32,000 bases of DNA, taken from contig JBBISB010000001.1 in assembly GCA_037441475.1 (NCBI GenBank), positions 66,418 to 98,417 on the forward strand. Direction: 5' to 3'. The stretch comes from Candidatus Iainarchaeum sp. GTDB lineage: Archaea > Iainarchaeota > Iainarchaeia > Iainarchaeales > CSSED10-239. Positions 1-10,106 of this stretch are shown piece by piece (position 1 is the first letter of the stretch; each line of letters begins with the position of its first letter). The notes under the pieces are model-generated. The model saw only the letters and a list, made by a program, of their open reading frames with translations. It made no database searches and was not told the DNA's origin. Position numbers and translations under genes: made by a program.

Positions 1-200
1 AGATAATGTGGATTTAGCTTCAATGAAGTTTGCTCTATTAACAACAGTACTTCCTTGTTTTTTGTAATTATTTATTCTATCTATAGAATCTTCCTTAAAC
101 TCACTCTTATGGTTACAAGAAAGACATTGATGTTTCTTTTCTGCAGGTATGTATTTTACATTTAATGAAAAGCAGTTTGAACAGTATTTATATAACATTT
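1..200 (-). CDS. partial small zinc-ribbon-like protein (start uncertain)
   Basis: Minus-strand translation CYKYCSNCFSLNVKYIPAEKKHQCLSCNHKSEFKEDSIDRINNYKKQGSTVV... has CxxC pairs. There is no in-frame ATG; a one-base change near the ATG would give MYKYCSNC. It runs off the left edge. Confidence 0.4.
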
Positions 201-419
201 TATATCACGACCTATTTACCTATATCTAATATCACAATTGATTTTTCTTTTAAGTTTAAAAGTAATAGAAGATATAGTTAGAAATCTTTAAAAAGATATT
301 GGTCACTAAAAGTTAACTATATTTACTTAATATCGATTTTGATTCTAAATAGGCTTCATCTATAATTAATTGAAGTGTTTTATTACTTTTATCTTTAAGT
401 GGTTTTTTAATAGGTTGAA

Positions 420-1147
420 TTAATATTGCTTTTTTTTTGTAGTTATTTTTTTTATTTTTTCATTAAAGAAGGTTTTTTGCGACGAAGCAATATATTGTTT
501 AATTACATTAGATATACTTATTTTTTCTTCAATAAAGTTTAAATTTCTCATACTAGTGTCTACAATTATTATGTATTTATAATTATTAATGTCTTTAATT
601 TGAAATGGACTAAAAGGGCCTATATCTACTAATAGATAATCTTTAAGTTTATATGGTGGGAAGATGCCTGGAATTGAAATACTTGAAAAAATAGCATCGT
701 AGAGGGTTATCTTCCTAGGATATATTAAAATTTTATTTTTGTCTTTAAGACCTTTATTTGTAAATATTAATTCTTTTCCTGATTTAAGATCTAATGTGTT
801 AATTTGCAAGTTAATTTTTAATTTATCAAAGGTAGTATTTTTTAAAGAATTTTTAATTGTTTTTTTTATCTTATTATTATTAAAAATACTTTCATTATTT
901 AAATTTATATCAAAAAAGTTAAATAATTTTAGATCTAGTCCTTCTGTTTTTAATATCATTTTATCTGGACTTTGACCAGTTGCAATTAAAGAAGCTGTGA
1001 TTGAACCAAAGGAGGTTCCTTTAACAGATGTAATTTTTAGGTTATTTTTTTTATAAATTCATCAATAGCTTTATAAACTCCAAATTGAGCATATCCTCTT
1101 GCTTCTCCACCACTAAATATTATGGCAATTTCATTTTTATGATTCAT
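420..1147 (-). CDS. patatin-like phospholipase family protein, interrupted by a frameshift
   Basis: N-terminal part in another frame: MNHKNEIAIIFSGGEARGYAQFGVYKAIDEF. Then ...VKGTSFGSITASLIATGQSPDKMILKTEG..., containing a glycine-rich motif, a GxSxG-like GTSFG and a C-terminal LLVDIGPFSP. The frame changes at a poly-A run. Confidence 0.72.
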
Positions 1148-1259
1148 ATTTTATACCTTTTATAATAAATTAATGTTTAAAAACATTTATTAAAGTTTTC
1201 ATCTATATATCTTTAAGATCATAGAAATATGTTCTTTATATATTAAACGTGATAATAAG

Positions 1260-2450
1260 ATGGAACTGAATGAAAAGAATTTAGGCGTAATTGCTTTTGG
1301 TGTTAAAACAGGAATTATTACTTTCAAAGATGATATTGTAGAGGTTGTAAAAAACTCCTTTAAAAAAGAAAAAGACTTAGTAAAGGATGGAGATATTGTT
1401 TGTATAACAGAGGCTGTTGTTGCAATTACTCAACATAACTATGTTTATTTAGATGATATTTCTCAAGAGATTAAAAAGAAACTTAAACTTAAAGAAAAAT
1501 CTACAATCGGAGTAATCTACCCTATTCTTTCAAGAAATAGATTTTCAATGATATTAAAGGGAATATCAAAAGCAGCATCTAAGGGTAAGATAATTATACA
1601 ACTAAAGTTTCCTGATGATGAACAAGGAAATCCTATTATTGACCATAAGATGCTTAAAAAATTAAATAAAATTAATGAAGACATAATAACAACTAAAGAT
1701 ATTGGAAAGAATAGATTCTTACATCCTGAAACTGGTCTTGACTATATTGCTTTTTATGAATCAATTGTTAAGCAGCAAGGCCTAGATGTTGAAGTTTATT
1801 TAGCAAACTCAACAAAGTTTTTAATAGATAAAAAACCAGATGCAATAATTGTGTCAAATGTACATCATAGAAACGATACTATTTCTTCAATAAAGAGAAG
1901 AGGGTATAAGAATGTAATAACTTTACAAGACATCTGTTCAGATTCTTCAAAAAAAGCATACTCTGAGTATGGTTTATTAGGTTCAAATATTTTAGATCCT
2001 GAAAATGAAAAAATAAAACTTGCACCAAGAGAAGGAGATAAAGTCTGCCTTAAGGTACAAAAGATGATTAAAAAAGAATTTAATAAAAATGTTGAAGTGG
2101 TTATCTACGGAGATGGTGCTTACAAAGACCCTGAGTCAGGTATCTATGAACTTGCAGACCCTGTTTCTGCCTTTGGAGTGACACCAGGTATTAAAAATAA
2201 AAACAGAGTTGGGGTTAAAACAAAATATTTAATGCAGAAACTTTTCAATGAAGGTAAAAGTAAAGAAGAAATATTAACAATTATTGAAAAAGAAAAGAAA
2301 AAGTTTATTGAAGACAAAAAGAAAGATGCTTTTTCAGCTCAAGGAACAACTCCTAGAAAAATAGAAAACTTAGTTTCTTCTTTAGCAGACTTAGTCTCTG
2401 GTTCAGCTGATTCAAATACTCCTGTTGTTGTGGTTAGAGGCTTTATATAA
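1260..2450 (+). CDS. coenzyme F420-0:L-glutamate ligase-like protein
   Basis: Intact 396-aa ORF. VKTGIIT..., DGDIVCITEAVVA, VYGDGAYKDPESGIYELADPVSA and GVTPGI are typical of the F420_ligase-like family. Confidence 0.75.
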   Translation: MELNEKNLGVIAFGVKTGIITFKDDIVEVVKNSFKKEKDLVKDGDIVCITEAVVAITQHNYVYLDDISQEIKKKLKLKEKSTIGVIYPILSRNRFSMILKGISKAASKGKIIIQLKFPDDEQGNPIIDHKMLKKLNKINEDIITTKDIGKNRFLHPETGLDYIAFYESIVKQQGLDVEVYLANSTKFLIDKKPDAIIVSNVHHRNDTISSIKRRGYKNVITLQDICSDSSKKAYSEYGLLGSNILDPENEKIKLAPREGDKVCLKVQKMIKKEFNKNVEVVIYGDGAYKDPESGIYELADPVSAFGVTPGIKNKNRVGVKTKYLMQKLFNEGKSKEEILTIIEKEKKKFIEDKKKDAFSAQGTTPRKIENLVSSLADLVSGSADSNTPVVVVRGFI

Positions 2451-2459
2451 TGATTAAAT

Positions 2460-3197
2460 ATGGGTGAGGTTTTATCTAATCTTTTATCTATAAAACCAGA
2501 AGAAGGGTTTAGTTTTAGAAGTAAAATGTCTTGGACCTTTGCTGATGGCTATAAGATTAAAAGAGGTATTAACTCACCGATTGTTGTTCTTTATTATAAA
2601 CAAAATCCAATAGGGCTATTAAGTTTCACTCATTCATACTTAAATAAAGAGATTAAGATTAACTTTATACAGGGGGTTAAGCAAGTTGACCCTACAATTA
2701 ATTTAAATAAATTTAATAAAAACTGGTACGAGTATATTTTAGACTCCTTTATAGCTGCTTCTTTACCTTTACTTTCTAAGGGAAAAAACATTTCTTTTAA
2801 GTCTTTTGTTCAAGAAAAGAGTTTTATGTTAAGCTCTATTAAGACCAGAAAAATATTAATTTTAGATAATAAAGCAAGGATAGAAAATTTTGAAAATAAA
2901 ATAAAGGCATTAACAAAATTACCTACTCCAAAAAATTTAGAGTATTTTAGGGCTTATCAAAATAATATTTCTGATCTTAAAAAAGAAAATGTATATTATG
3001 AAAAAGTAATTACAACCATGACATCAATACTTAGAATAAATGGAACTATTCAAGATAAGTACTTTAATAAAGAAGGAAAGTTAAATCCACAAAAAGAAAG
3101 AGTAAAAAGAATAATTACTAATTATGAAAACAGTATTAAACATTCAAAAGCAGTATCTACTATCTTAAAAATAAGAAAAAGAATTAAGCCTAGATAA
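2460..3197 (+). CDS. hypothetical protein
   Basis: Intact 245-aa ORF directly downstream of the F420-ligase-like gene. No family recognised. Confidence 0.6.
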   Translation: MGEVLSNLLSIKPEEGFSFRSKMSWTFADGYKIKRGINSPIVVLYYKQNPIGLLSFTHSYLNKEIKINFIQGVKQVDPTINLNKFNKNWYEYILDSFIAASLPLLSKGKNISFKSFVQEKSFMLSSIKTRKILILDNKARIENFENKIKALTKLPTPKNLEYFRAYQNNISDLKKENVYYEKVITTMTSILRINGTIQDKYFNKEGKLNPQKERVKRIITNYENSIKHSKAVSTILKIRKRIKPR

Positions 3198-4365
3198 TCT
3201 CTTTATCAGGCAAAACTAAGTTTAAGATAATTCCTACTACAGAAGCAAGACCTACACTTGCTAAGGTAAATGTTCCTGCTGAAATTACAGCTCCACCAAC
3301 ACCAATAACAAGCATTACACCTACAACCACCATATTTTTTGTTTTATTAAGGTTAGTTGTGGAGTCTGTAATTGATTTAATACCAACAACTGTTATCATT
3401 CCAAACAATATTAACATTGTTCCTCCTAAGATGGAATCTGGAATTGTTTGAAGAAAAGCACTTATTTTTCCAATAAATGCAAAACAGATGGCTGTAACTG
3501 CAGCTATTCTTAGGATAACAGGATCTTTTAATTTTGTTAAAACAATGGCCCCAGTTACCTCTGAGTAAGTGGTGTTTGGTGGGCCTCCAAAGAAAGCAGC
3601 TAAGATGGTTGTAAGTCCATCTCCAAGCATTGTTCTTTGTATACCTGGTTTTTTAATAAAGTTATTCCTAGTTGCTTTACTTATAGCATACATATCCCCT
3701 ATATGTTCAATCATTGGAGCTATTGCTACTGGAAGAATAAATAATATTGCACCCCAACTAAAGGTTGGAAAAATAAACTGAGGAACTTCAATCCATCTTG
3801 CATTTGCAATAGGAGAAAAATCAACTAACCCTAAGATGATTGCTAGGATATATGTTATTATAATACTTCCGATTATAGGAAGAAGCTTAATTGTTCTTTT
3901 ACCAAAAATAACAATAGCTATTGCCACAAGTAAGGTAATTGTTGCTAAAAACCAATTGTGGGATGACATGTTAACAGCTGTTGTTGATAATGATAAACCA
4001 ATAATCATTATTACTGGACCTACAACTATTGGTGGAAATAATTTTTGAATAAACAGAATTCCTTTTTTTCTAATTATAAAAGAAACAATAATAGAGACTA
4101 AACCAACTGCTATTAGACCACTTAAGGCCCCTGAATAACCATACATGGCTGTAGCTGCTATTATTGGTACTATAAAGATAAATGAACTACCTAAGAAAAC
4201 TGGAACTACTCCTCCTGTTATCAAGTGAAAAGCTAAGGTTCCTAAACCAGCTGTGAATAATGCTATTGCTGGGTTAATACCAATTAATAGGGGGACAAGA
4301 ACAGTTGCTCCGAAGGCAACAAACAACATCTGCATACCAAGTATTGTTTTTTTAGCAAATGGCAT
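3190..4365 (-). CDS. uracil/xanthine permease family (nucleobase:cation symporter-2, UraA-like)
   Basis: 391-aa multi-TM protein with QMLFVAFGATVLVPLL, GPVIMIIGLSL, PVAIAPMIEHIGD and GDGLTTILAAFFGGPPNTTYSEVTGAI. Confidence 0.92.
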   Translation of the reverse strand: MPFAKKTILGMQMLFVAFGATVLVPLLIGINPAIALFTAGLGTLAFHLITGGVVPVFLGSSFIFIVPIIAATAMYGYSGALSGLIAVGLVSIIVSFIIRKKGILFIQKLFPPIVVGPVIMIIGLSLSTTAVNMSSHNWFLATITLLVAIAIVIFGKRTIKLLPIIGSIIITYILAIILGLVDFSPIANARWIEVPQFIFPTFSWGAILFILPVAIAPMIEHIGDMYAISKATRNNFIKKPGIQRTMLGDGLTTILAAFFGGPPNTTYSEVTGAIVLTKLKDPVILRIAAVTAICFAFIGKISAFLQTIPDSILGGTMLILFGMITVVGIKSITDSTTNLNKTKNMVVVGVMLVIGVGGAVISAGTFTLASVGLASVVGIILNLVLPDKEII

Positions 4366-4520
4366 TTTTTCATCAGTTGTTTTTTCTTCAACTTTAGTTA
4401 TTTTTTTACTTATAGTATTTTCTTTTTTTATGAATGATCACTCTAATAAATTTTCTAAAAATATTTATTTAAATTTTATATATGTAAAGAACAAATAATT
4501 TATATATGGTTAGGTTCAAA

Positions 4521-4958
4521 CTATTTTTTTAGTTTTTCTATGGCCTTATAGAGGCTTTCATCTTTTACCTTATATTTTCTGATATCCTTTACATCTACCC
4601 ATTTATACTCTTTATGTTCCTCTGAAAGTTTCATTTTTTTAATATCACTTATAATTTCACAAACGTAGTTAATAACCTTTCTTTCTTTTCCTTTAAGGGT
4701 AATAAAAGACCATTCCTCTTGTTTACTTAATATTCTTATATCAACATTAAGTTCTTCCTTAACTTCTCTCTTTAAGGCTCTCATCTCAGTTTCATCTTTA
4801 TCAATCCCTCCACCAGGAAGGTCCCAGATATCTTTTTTATCTAGAAACTTAAATAACTTAAATTCTGAGATTACTTTTTTTCTCTCATAGAGGGGAGTTC
4901 TTTTTAAAAGAAGAATCTTTCCTTCTTTGTTTAAAATAATTGCTTTTACTGCTTTCAT
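4521..4958 (-). CDS. NUDIX hydrolase
   Basis: Nudix box: GGGIDKDETEMRALKREVKEELNVDI. Confidence 0.92.
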   Translation of the reverse strand: MKAVKAIILNKEGKILLLKRTPLYERKKVISEFKLFKFLDKKDIWDLPGGGIDKDETEMRALKREVKEELNVDIRILSKQEEWSFITLKGKERKVINYVCEIISDIKKMKLSEEHKEYKWVDVKDIRKYKVKDESLYKAIEKLKK

Positions 4959-4994
4959 ACCTTCTCACTATTAAAAATATTTTTTAAAAAATAA

Positions 4995-6218
4995 CTATTG
5001 AAAAGTATACACCTTATCATTTTTAGAAGGAGTTTTTTCACCAAGAATCTTAATTGCAACAACCTCTCCTTTCTTTGCATGCTTTAAAGGTGTTAAAAAA
5101 TCTTTTTGTATGCTTGTAACCTTCTGTTCAATAGTTCCTGTTCTATCTCCAATGATTAGGATGTTATCATTTATTTTTAAATCAGCAACTTCTAATTTTA
5201 CTTCAAAGACATTAATTTTTTTAAAAACATTTGTAACTTTACCTATATATGTTTTTTTAGTTTTAGATTTATTACCATAAACATCTGTCCAAGCATTTAT
5301 TGGTTTTCCATGATAAAAGCCATCTGAAAAACCTCTATTATAAACAGTATCAAGTTTTTTATAAAGCTCTTCTTTCTTCTTTAAAGTAAGTTTTTTTAAA
5401 AAATAAAGATCAATTGCTTCTCTATAACACTCAGTTACAATCTTAACATACTCAGCACCCTTTATCCTTCCCTCTATCTTAAAGACATTAATTCTTGCTT
5501 TTATTAATTGATCTATGAAAAGAATTGTGTTCATATCCTTTGGACTTAAAACATAGTTGTTATGTACTTCAAGTTCCTTTCTTGTTTCTGGGTCTAGAAT
5601 AATGTATTTTCTTCTACATGGTTGTATGCATTTGCCTCTGTTTGCAGAAGTCTTATTTCCATAAAGAAACTCAGACATAAAACATCTTCCACTTACAGAA
5701 ACACACATAGCACCATGAACAAAGGTTTCAATCTCTATTGAAGGATCTATTTTTTTAGAATCCCTTACAATCTTTTGAATATCTTTTAATGTTAATTCTC
5801 TTGCAAGAACAAATCTTCTTACCCCTAAATCATAGTATTGCTTTATTGCCTCTATGTTTGAAACACTTGCCTGTGTGCTTAAATGAATTGGAAGTTTATA
5901 TTCTTTTGCAAGTTTAATTACAGCTAAATCCCAGGCAATTATACCATCTATCTTATACTCTTTTGCCTTTTGTAATATTTTTTTAACCTTTAATATCTCA
6001 CTATTAAAGATGATTGTGTTTAAGGTTAAGTAAACTTCAACTTTTCTTTCATGAGCATACTTTACAACTTTAAAAAGTTCTGTTAAAGTAAAGTTTTTAG
6101 CTCTCTCCCTCATGTTAATACCTTTTATACCTAAGTATACAGCATCACATCCAGCATCAATAGCTGAAACAAGCATATCCCAAGAGCCCACTGGGCTTAA
6201 AATAATTGGTTTTTTCAT
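4995..6218 (-). CDS. peptidase U32 family protein
   Basis: 407-aa ORF with SPVGSWDMLVSAIDAGCDAVYLG, FVHGAMCVSVSGRCFMSEFLYGNKTSANRGKCIQPCRRKY and KIEGRIKGAEYV. Confidence 0.92.
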   Translation of the reverse strand: MKKPIILSPVGSWDMLVSAIDAGCDAVYLGIKGINMRERAKNFTLTELFKVVKYAHERKVEVYLTLNTIIFNSEILKVKKILQKAKEYKIDGIIAWDLAVIKLAKEYKLPIHLSTQASVSNIEAIKQYYDLGVRRFVLARELTLKDIQKIVRDSKKIDPSIEIETFVHGAMCVSVSGRCFMSEFLYGNKTSANRGKCIQPCRRKYIILDPETRKELEVHNNYVLSPKDMNTILFIDQLIKARINVFKIEGRIKGAEYVKIVTECYREAIDLYFLKKLTLKKKEELYKKLDTVYNRGFSDGFYHGKPINAWTDVYGNKSKTKKTYIGKVTNVFKKINVFEVKLEVADLKINDNILIIGDRTGTIEQKVTSIQKDFLTPLKHAKKGEVVAIKILGEKTPSKNDKVYTFQ

Positions 6219-6306
6219 ATTTATTCATTTTTTAAGTTAAAAGATAATCTTTTAAATACTTTAGATTACTTTTATATATATAAATTAATACAGGAGAGTT
6301 TTTAAA

Positions 6307-6875
6307 ATGTTAAGTGGAGAAATGTTAGTTGCAAATTTTTTAGGTTTTGGAGCTTTTGTTTTATACACAGTTTTTATAGCTTTATTAATAGCATTAATTG
6401 TCTTTTTATATAAAGCTTATGCACTTTTTACAATTGCAAAAAAACTTGGTTCAAAACATGCATACCTTGCTTGGATACCTATAGCACAATTTTTCCTTTA
6501 TCCTTTATTAGCAGATGAAAAATGGGAATGGGGGCTTATTGCTATGTTACCTATAGCCTTACCTTTTTTATTCCTTCCTTTCGCTATTATACCGTTTGTT
6601 AATTTGTTCTTATTGCTTTTAATAATCATTGGTGTGGTTACATTATATGCTTTTAGAACATACTGGATATGGAAAATATTTGAAAAAAGAAATTATCATG
6701 GAGCATTAAGTCTTTTAACTTTAATAAATGTTGCATGTTTAATAATTTTAGGTATTGTTGCATGGAGAGATAATAAAGTTGTTAAAGAAAAAGTTAAACC
6801 TTCTTTTAAAAAAAAGCTATTTCTAAACCTAAAAAAGTAGTTAAGAAAATTGTTAAGAAAAAGATAAAAAAATAA
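6307..6875 (+). CDS. polytopic membrane protein with a lysine-rich C-terminal tail (frameshift at A8 run)
   Basis: The listed ORF ends at 6840. Past the A8 run near 6798-6805 another frame gives AISKPKKVVKKIVKKKIKK* ending at 6875. Confidence 0.6.
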
Positions 6876-6889
6876 TTTTATCTTTTTTT

Positions 6890-7897
6890 TTATTTATTTT
6901 GATCCAAGTATTCTTCTTTAAACATCCTAAAGGTTAGGATAAAGAAAGATATTATTAAAGGACCTATAACTATACCTACAAAACCAAAAGCAGAAATACC
7001 TATAAAGATACCTAAGATAGAAACAAGTGGATGAAGGTCACCTATCTTTCTTTGTAAGTAAGGTCTTATAAAAAATTCAGAGTAGTTGATTACTAAACCT
7101 AAAACAACTATTGCTATGGTTGTAAAGTAGTCTTCTCTTATTAAAAATATAAATGCGTATGGAATCCATATTAAAGGCACACCCAGGATTGGAAGGAAGG
7201 AAAGAACTGCTGCAAGAAGACCCCAAAAGACAGCACCGTTAATGCCTAAAGCCCAAAAACCAAGACCTAAAAGAAAACCCTGGAACAAGGCAAGAAGACC
7301 AGTGGTTATTAATGTTGAGTAAGTTACATTCTTAAACTCTCTTGCTAAGATGATTGAGTTTTTAGCACTAAAAGGAAGATATTCTTTTAAAACAGAATAA
7401 AGTTCATTATGATATAATAAAAGATAGAAAAGTAAAAAGTACATTATTATTAAAGTTACAACAGCTTTAACAATATTGTTTATACTTCTAAACAAAACAT
7501 CTGCAGTCCAGTTTGTGAGGTTTGGAATATAACTATTAATTGTGTATGCTATGTTAAGACCAGGATGTTTAGCTTCAAAAGCTTCTAGTTGAGATATTAA
7601 GATGTCCTTTTGAGAGGTAAGTTCATTTATTTGATTGTATGATTTCATTACTACAAAGTAACTTGGTATTATTACTATTAATAAGGTTATAATTATTATT
7701 ATTATTGCAGATAAATTTTTATTTAATTTAAGTTTATTTGTAAAAAACTTATGAAGAGGTAAGAAGAGAGCAAAAAGAATGAATGCACCTAAAAGACCGT
7801 TTACATACTGCCATAGGTAGATAACAATGAAAATAAAAAGTATTATTAAAATAGACATGGCAATGTATTTATTAAAGTCCTTATATGTGTTTATCAT
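6890..7897 (-). CDS. AI-2E family transporter (PerM-like permease)
   Basis: 335-aa multi-TM protein with GFWALGINGAVFWGLLAAVLSFLPILGVPLIWIPYA and GDLHPLVSILGIFIGISAFGFVGIVIGPLI. Confidence 0.92.
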   Translation of the reverse strand: MINTYKDFNKYIAMSILIILFIFIVIYLWQYVNGLLGAFILFALFLPLHKFFTNKLKLNKNLSAIIIIIITLLIVIIPSYFVVMKSYNQINELTSQKDILISQLEAFEAKHPGLNIAYTINSYIPNLTNWTADVLFRSINNIVKAVVTLIIMYFLLFYLLLYHNELYSVLKEYLPFSAKNSIILAREFKNVTYSTLITTGLLALFQGFLLGLGFWALGINGAVFWGLLAAVLSFLPILGVPLIWIPYAFIFLIREDYFTTIAIVVLGLVINYSEFFIRPYLQRKIGDLHPLVSILGIFIGISAFGFVGIVIGPLIISFFILTFRMFKEEYLDQNK

Positions 7898-8012
7898 TTT
7901 AAATCTTATTTTTTAGTTTTTTTAATTAAAACATTAATATACATATATATACTACGATTAGTATAAATACTTTTTTATTTAAAAATATTTTCTTTTTTTA
8001 AAAAGAAGGAAG

Positions 8013-8567
8013 TTAATAGATGTAAGGTATTAACTTTTTACTTGTTTTCTTATATTTCTTAAAATCTGGAAACCTTTTGTCCAAATATCTTTCCTCAGAT
8101 TCAACCTTATAAATAATTGTTAGAATAACAACCAAAAATAGATAAAAGAAAAGATTTTTTGAAAAAAGAATTAATATTCCTGAAGCTAAAAAAACACCTG
8201 ATAAGTATATTGGGTGTCTTATGTTTCTGTATATGCCTTTTGTAACTAGATATTTTTCTTTACCTGTCTGAGGATAATAGTTTTCTTTTAAAGCTATGAT
8301 TCCCTGGTATTCAATTACTCCAGAAAGGATTATAAGTATTATACCTATACTGTCAACTAATGATAAGGAAAATAAACCTGTGAAAAAAACGTAGTTTATA
8401 AGAGATATTAAAAGTACTATGTAAAAAACAGTTATGTAAAAGGAAGTTGGAAAATCAGTTTTAAACATATTAATAGTTTCTTTAGTTAAGTTCAAGTGTT
8501 TTGTTTTCTTATACACAAGGAAGTAATAAACTAAAGTGTAAATTGTTAAAAATAATAATCCATACAT
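8013..8567 (-). CDS. isoprenylcysteine carboxyl methyltransferase-like / PEMT-like integral membrane protein
   Basis: LVTKGIYRNIRHPIYLSGVFLASG and ...YKVESEERYLDKRFPDFKKYKKTSKKLIPYIY. Confidence 0.8.
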   Translation of the reverse strand: MYGLLFLTIYTLVYYFLVYKKTKHLNLTKETINMFKTDFPTSFYITVFYIVLLISLINYVFFTGLFSLSLVDSIGIILIILSGVIEYQGIIALKENYYPQTGKEKYLVTKGIYRNIRHPIYLSGVFLASGILILFSKNLFFYLFLVVILTIIYKVESEERYLDKRFPDFKKYKKTSKKLIPYIY

Positions 8568-8636
8568 TTTTTGATCACATTAATTATCTTGTTGTAAAGT
8601 ATATTTATTTGTTTTGATATTTTTTAAAAATTATTT

Positions 8637-8999
8637 TTAATGATGGAAAAGAAGTTTTCTTATTGTTATTACAACAATTGGTATTAAGATATAAACTAAA
8701 GCGTTTGAAGAAGGTATTAAATTTAAGAAAACCATGGCGTATATACCTATTACCCATCCAGCTACATAGAAAGCAGTAAACTTTTTATAACTTATAAAAC
8801 TATGATAAAAACTAAAACATAAGATAAAAACCATTAGAAGTTGTTCATTTGTAATCCAGGAGACTCCAAAGACAATATCTAAAAATCTACTTATTATTAA
8901 TAAAGAAAAAGAAAGTATTAATCCTTTTAAAGCTTTTAAAAAAATATCAGTAACTCCAGAGAACACATACTCTATGTCTTGAATAATCTCTGAAGTCAT
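8637..8999 (-). CDS. small membrane protein, unknown function
   Basis: 120-aa ORF with several hydrophobic segments; co-directional cluster. Confidence 0.55.
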   Translation of the reverse strand: MTSEIIQDIEYVFSGVTDIFLKALKGLILSFSLLIISRFLDIVFGVSWITNEQLLMVFILCFSFYHSFISYKKFTAFYVAGWVIGIYAMVFLNLIPSSNALVYILIPIVVITIRKLLFHH

Positions 9000-9014
9000 A
9001 TTTTTCTAATTTTT

Positions 9015-9323
9015 TTATTTCTGGATTAATGGTCTTTTTTTATAAACTGGTTTTTTTAAAGTAAACTTATTTTCTGAAACTTCTTTATGATTTGCTAAAA
9101 CAACTCCAAAGATTATTCCTGAAAAGACTAAAGTTATGATGTTTAAAAAAGCCACATCTATATTTTTTGTCATAAAACCATCAATTACTAAAGATAAAAC
9201 ACCTATAGAATAGAAAAAGACAAACCATAAGCTAATGTTCTTTCCTTTATTCCATACTTCTAAAAGTTGTAATATCCAAGCAAAAATAATTAATGTAAAT
9301 CCTAACATTACCCAAAATTGCAT
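9015..9323 (-). CDS. small membrane protein, unknown function
   Basis: 102-aa ORF with three hydrophobic segments and a basic C-terminus (KKPVYKKRP). Confidence 0.55.
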   Translation of the reverse strand: MQFWVMLGFTLIIFAWILQLLEVWNKGKNISLWFVFFYSIGVLSLVIDGFMTKNIDVAFLNIITLVFSGIIFGVVLANHKEVSENKFTLKKPVYKKRPLIQK

Positions 9324-9427
9324 TTTTCATCCCTCTTTATAATTATTTTATACAAATATAAATTAAATAAGAGGAAAGAATTTATAAACATTTGTTTTTT
9401 TACTAAAAACTGTTTTTTATATAAAAA

Positions 9428-10048
9428 TCAGTCAATAACATCTATACAGTTATTTTTATTCCTTTTTCTTTCTTTAATTGCAAGGATTAATAAAAAGATT
9501 GTTAAGGCTATTAAAAAGAATATTGCTATGATTAAAATGATTTCTTTGTTAAAAGAAGAAGTGTATATAATTGGTTCTGCTTGTGCTGTTGCTCCTTGAG
9601 CAATATCCATTACAGCCATTGGTGCTGATTCCACTTTACTTGTCATCATTCTTTCAGTAACATTAATAGCTGCATCATAGGACTTGGCAGTATATTTTGA
9701 TGAAAAAACAGAACTAAAAATATAATACCCAATAAGACCAAAGGTTGCAAAGATGGTTACTACAAAAGAAATTAAAACTTTTATTTCCTTTGGTTTAACT
9801 AATTTTTTTCCTTTCTCTGTTAAAAAATAATATTTCCATTTGTTATCAGATTCTTCTCTTTTAACAAGATCTGCGTCTATAAGGTTATCTAAATGTTCTT
9901 TAATTGTTGGACCTTTTAGGTTTAGTTTTGTGGTTAATTCTGAAAGAGTATATTTACGTTTAGAAAGTTCTTTTAAAAGATCCATCCTTGTATCAGATGC
10001 AATTGCCTTTAAGGTCTTTCTATCAATTAATATTTTTTCTTCTTCCAT
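9428..10048 (-). CDS. ArsR-type winged-HTH protein with C-terminal transmembrane segments
   Basis: N-terminal LKAIASDTRMDLLKELSKRKYTLSELTTKLNLKGPTIKEHLDNLIDADLVKR, followed by two hydrophobic segments flanking an Ala/Met-rich region. Confidence 0.82.
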   Translation of the reverse strand: MEEEKILIDRKTLKAIASDTRMDLLKELSKRKYTLSELTTKLNLKGPTIKEHLDNLIDADLVKREESDNKWKYYFLTEKGKKLVKPKEIKVLISFVVTIFATFGLIGYYIFSSVFSSKYTAKSYDAAINVTERMMTSKVESAPMAVMDIAQGATAQAEPIIYTSSFNKEIILIIAIFFLIALTIFLLILAIKERKRNKNNCIDVID

Positions 10049-10106
10049 ATATTATTATCTTGTTTAAATCAATTTTTAAGAGAGTTGTTTTTATAAGGAA
10101 AAAACC

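Noticed and set aside
739-975. Plus-strand ORF inside the patatin gene
   Set aside because: Antisense to a recognised coding region, no family features.
3569-4498. Plus-strand ORFs 3569-3781, 3836-4048, 4253-4498
   Set aside because: Shadow ORFs antisense to the UraA-like permease and its upstream region.
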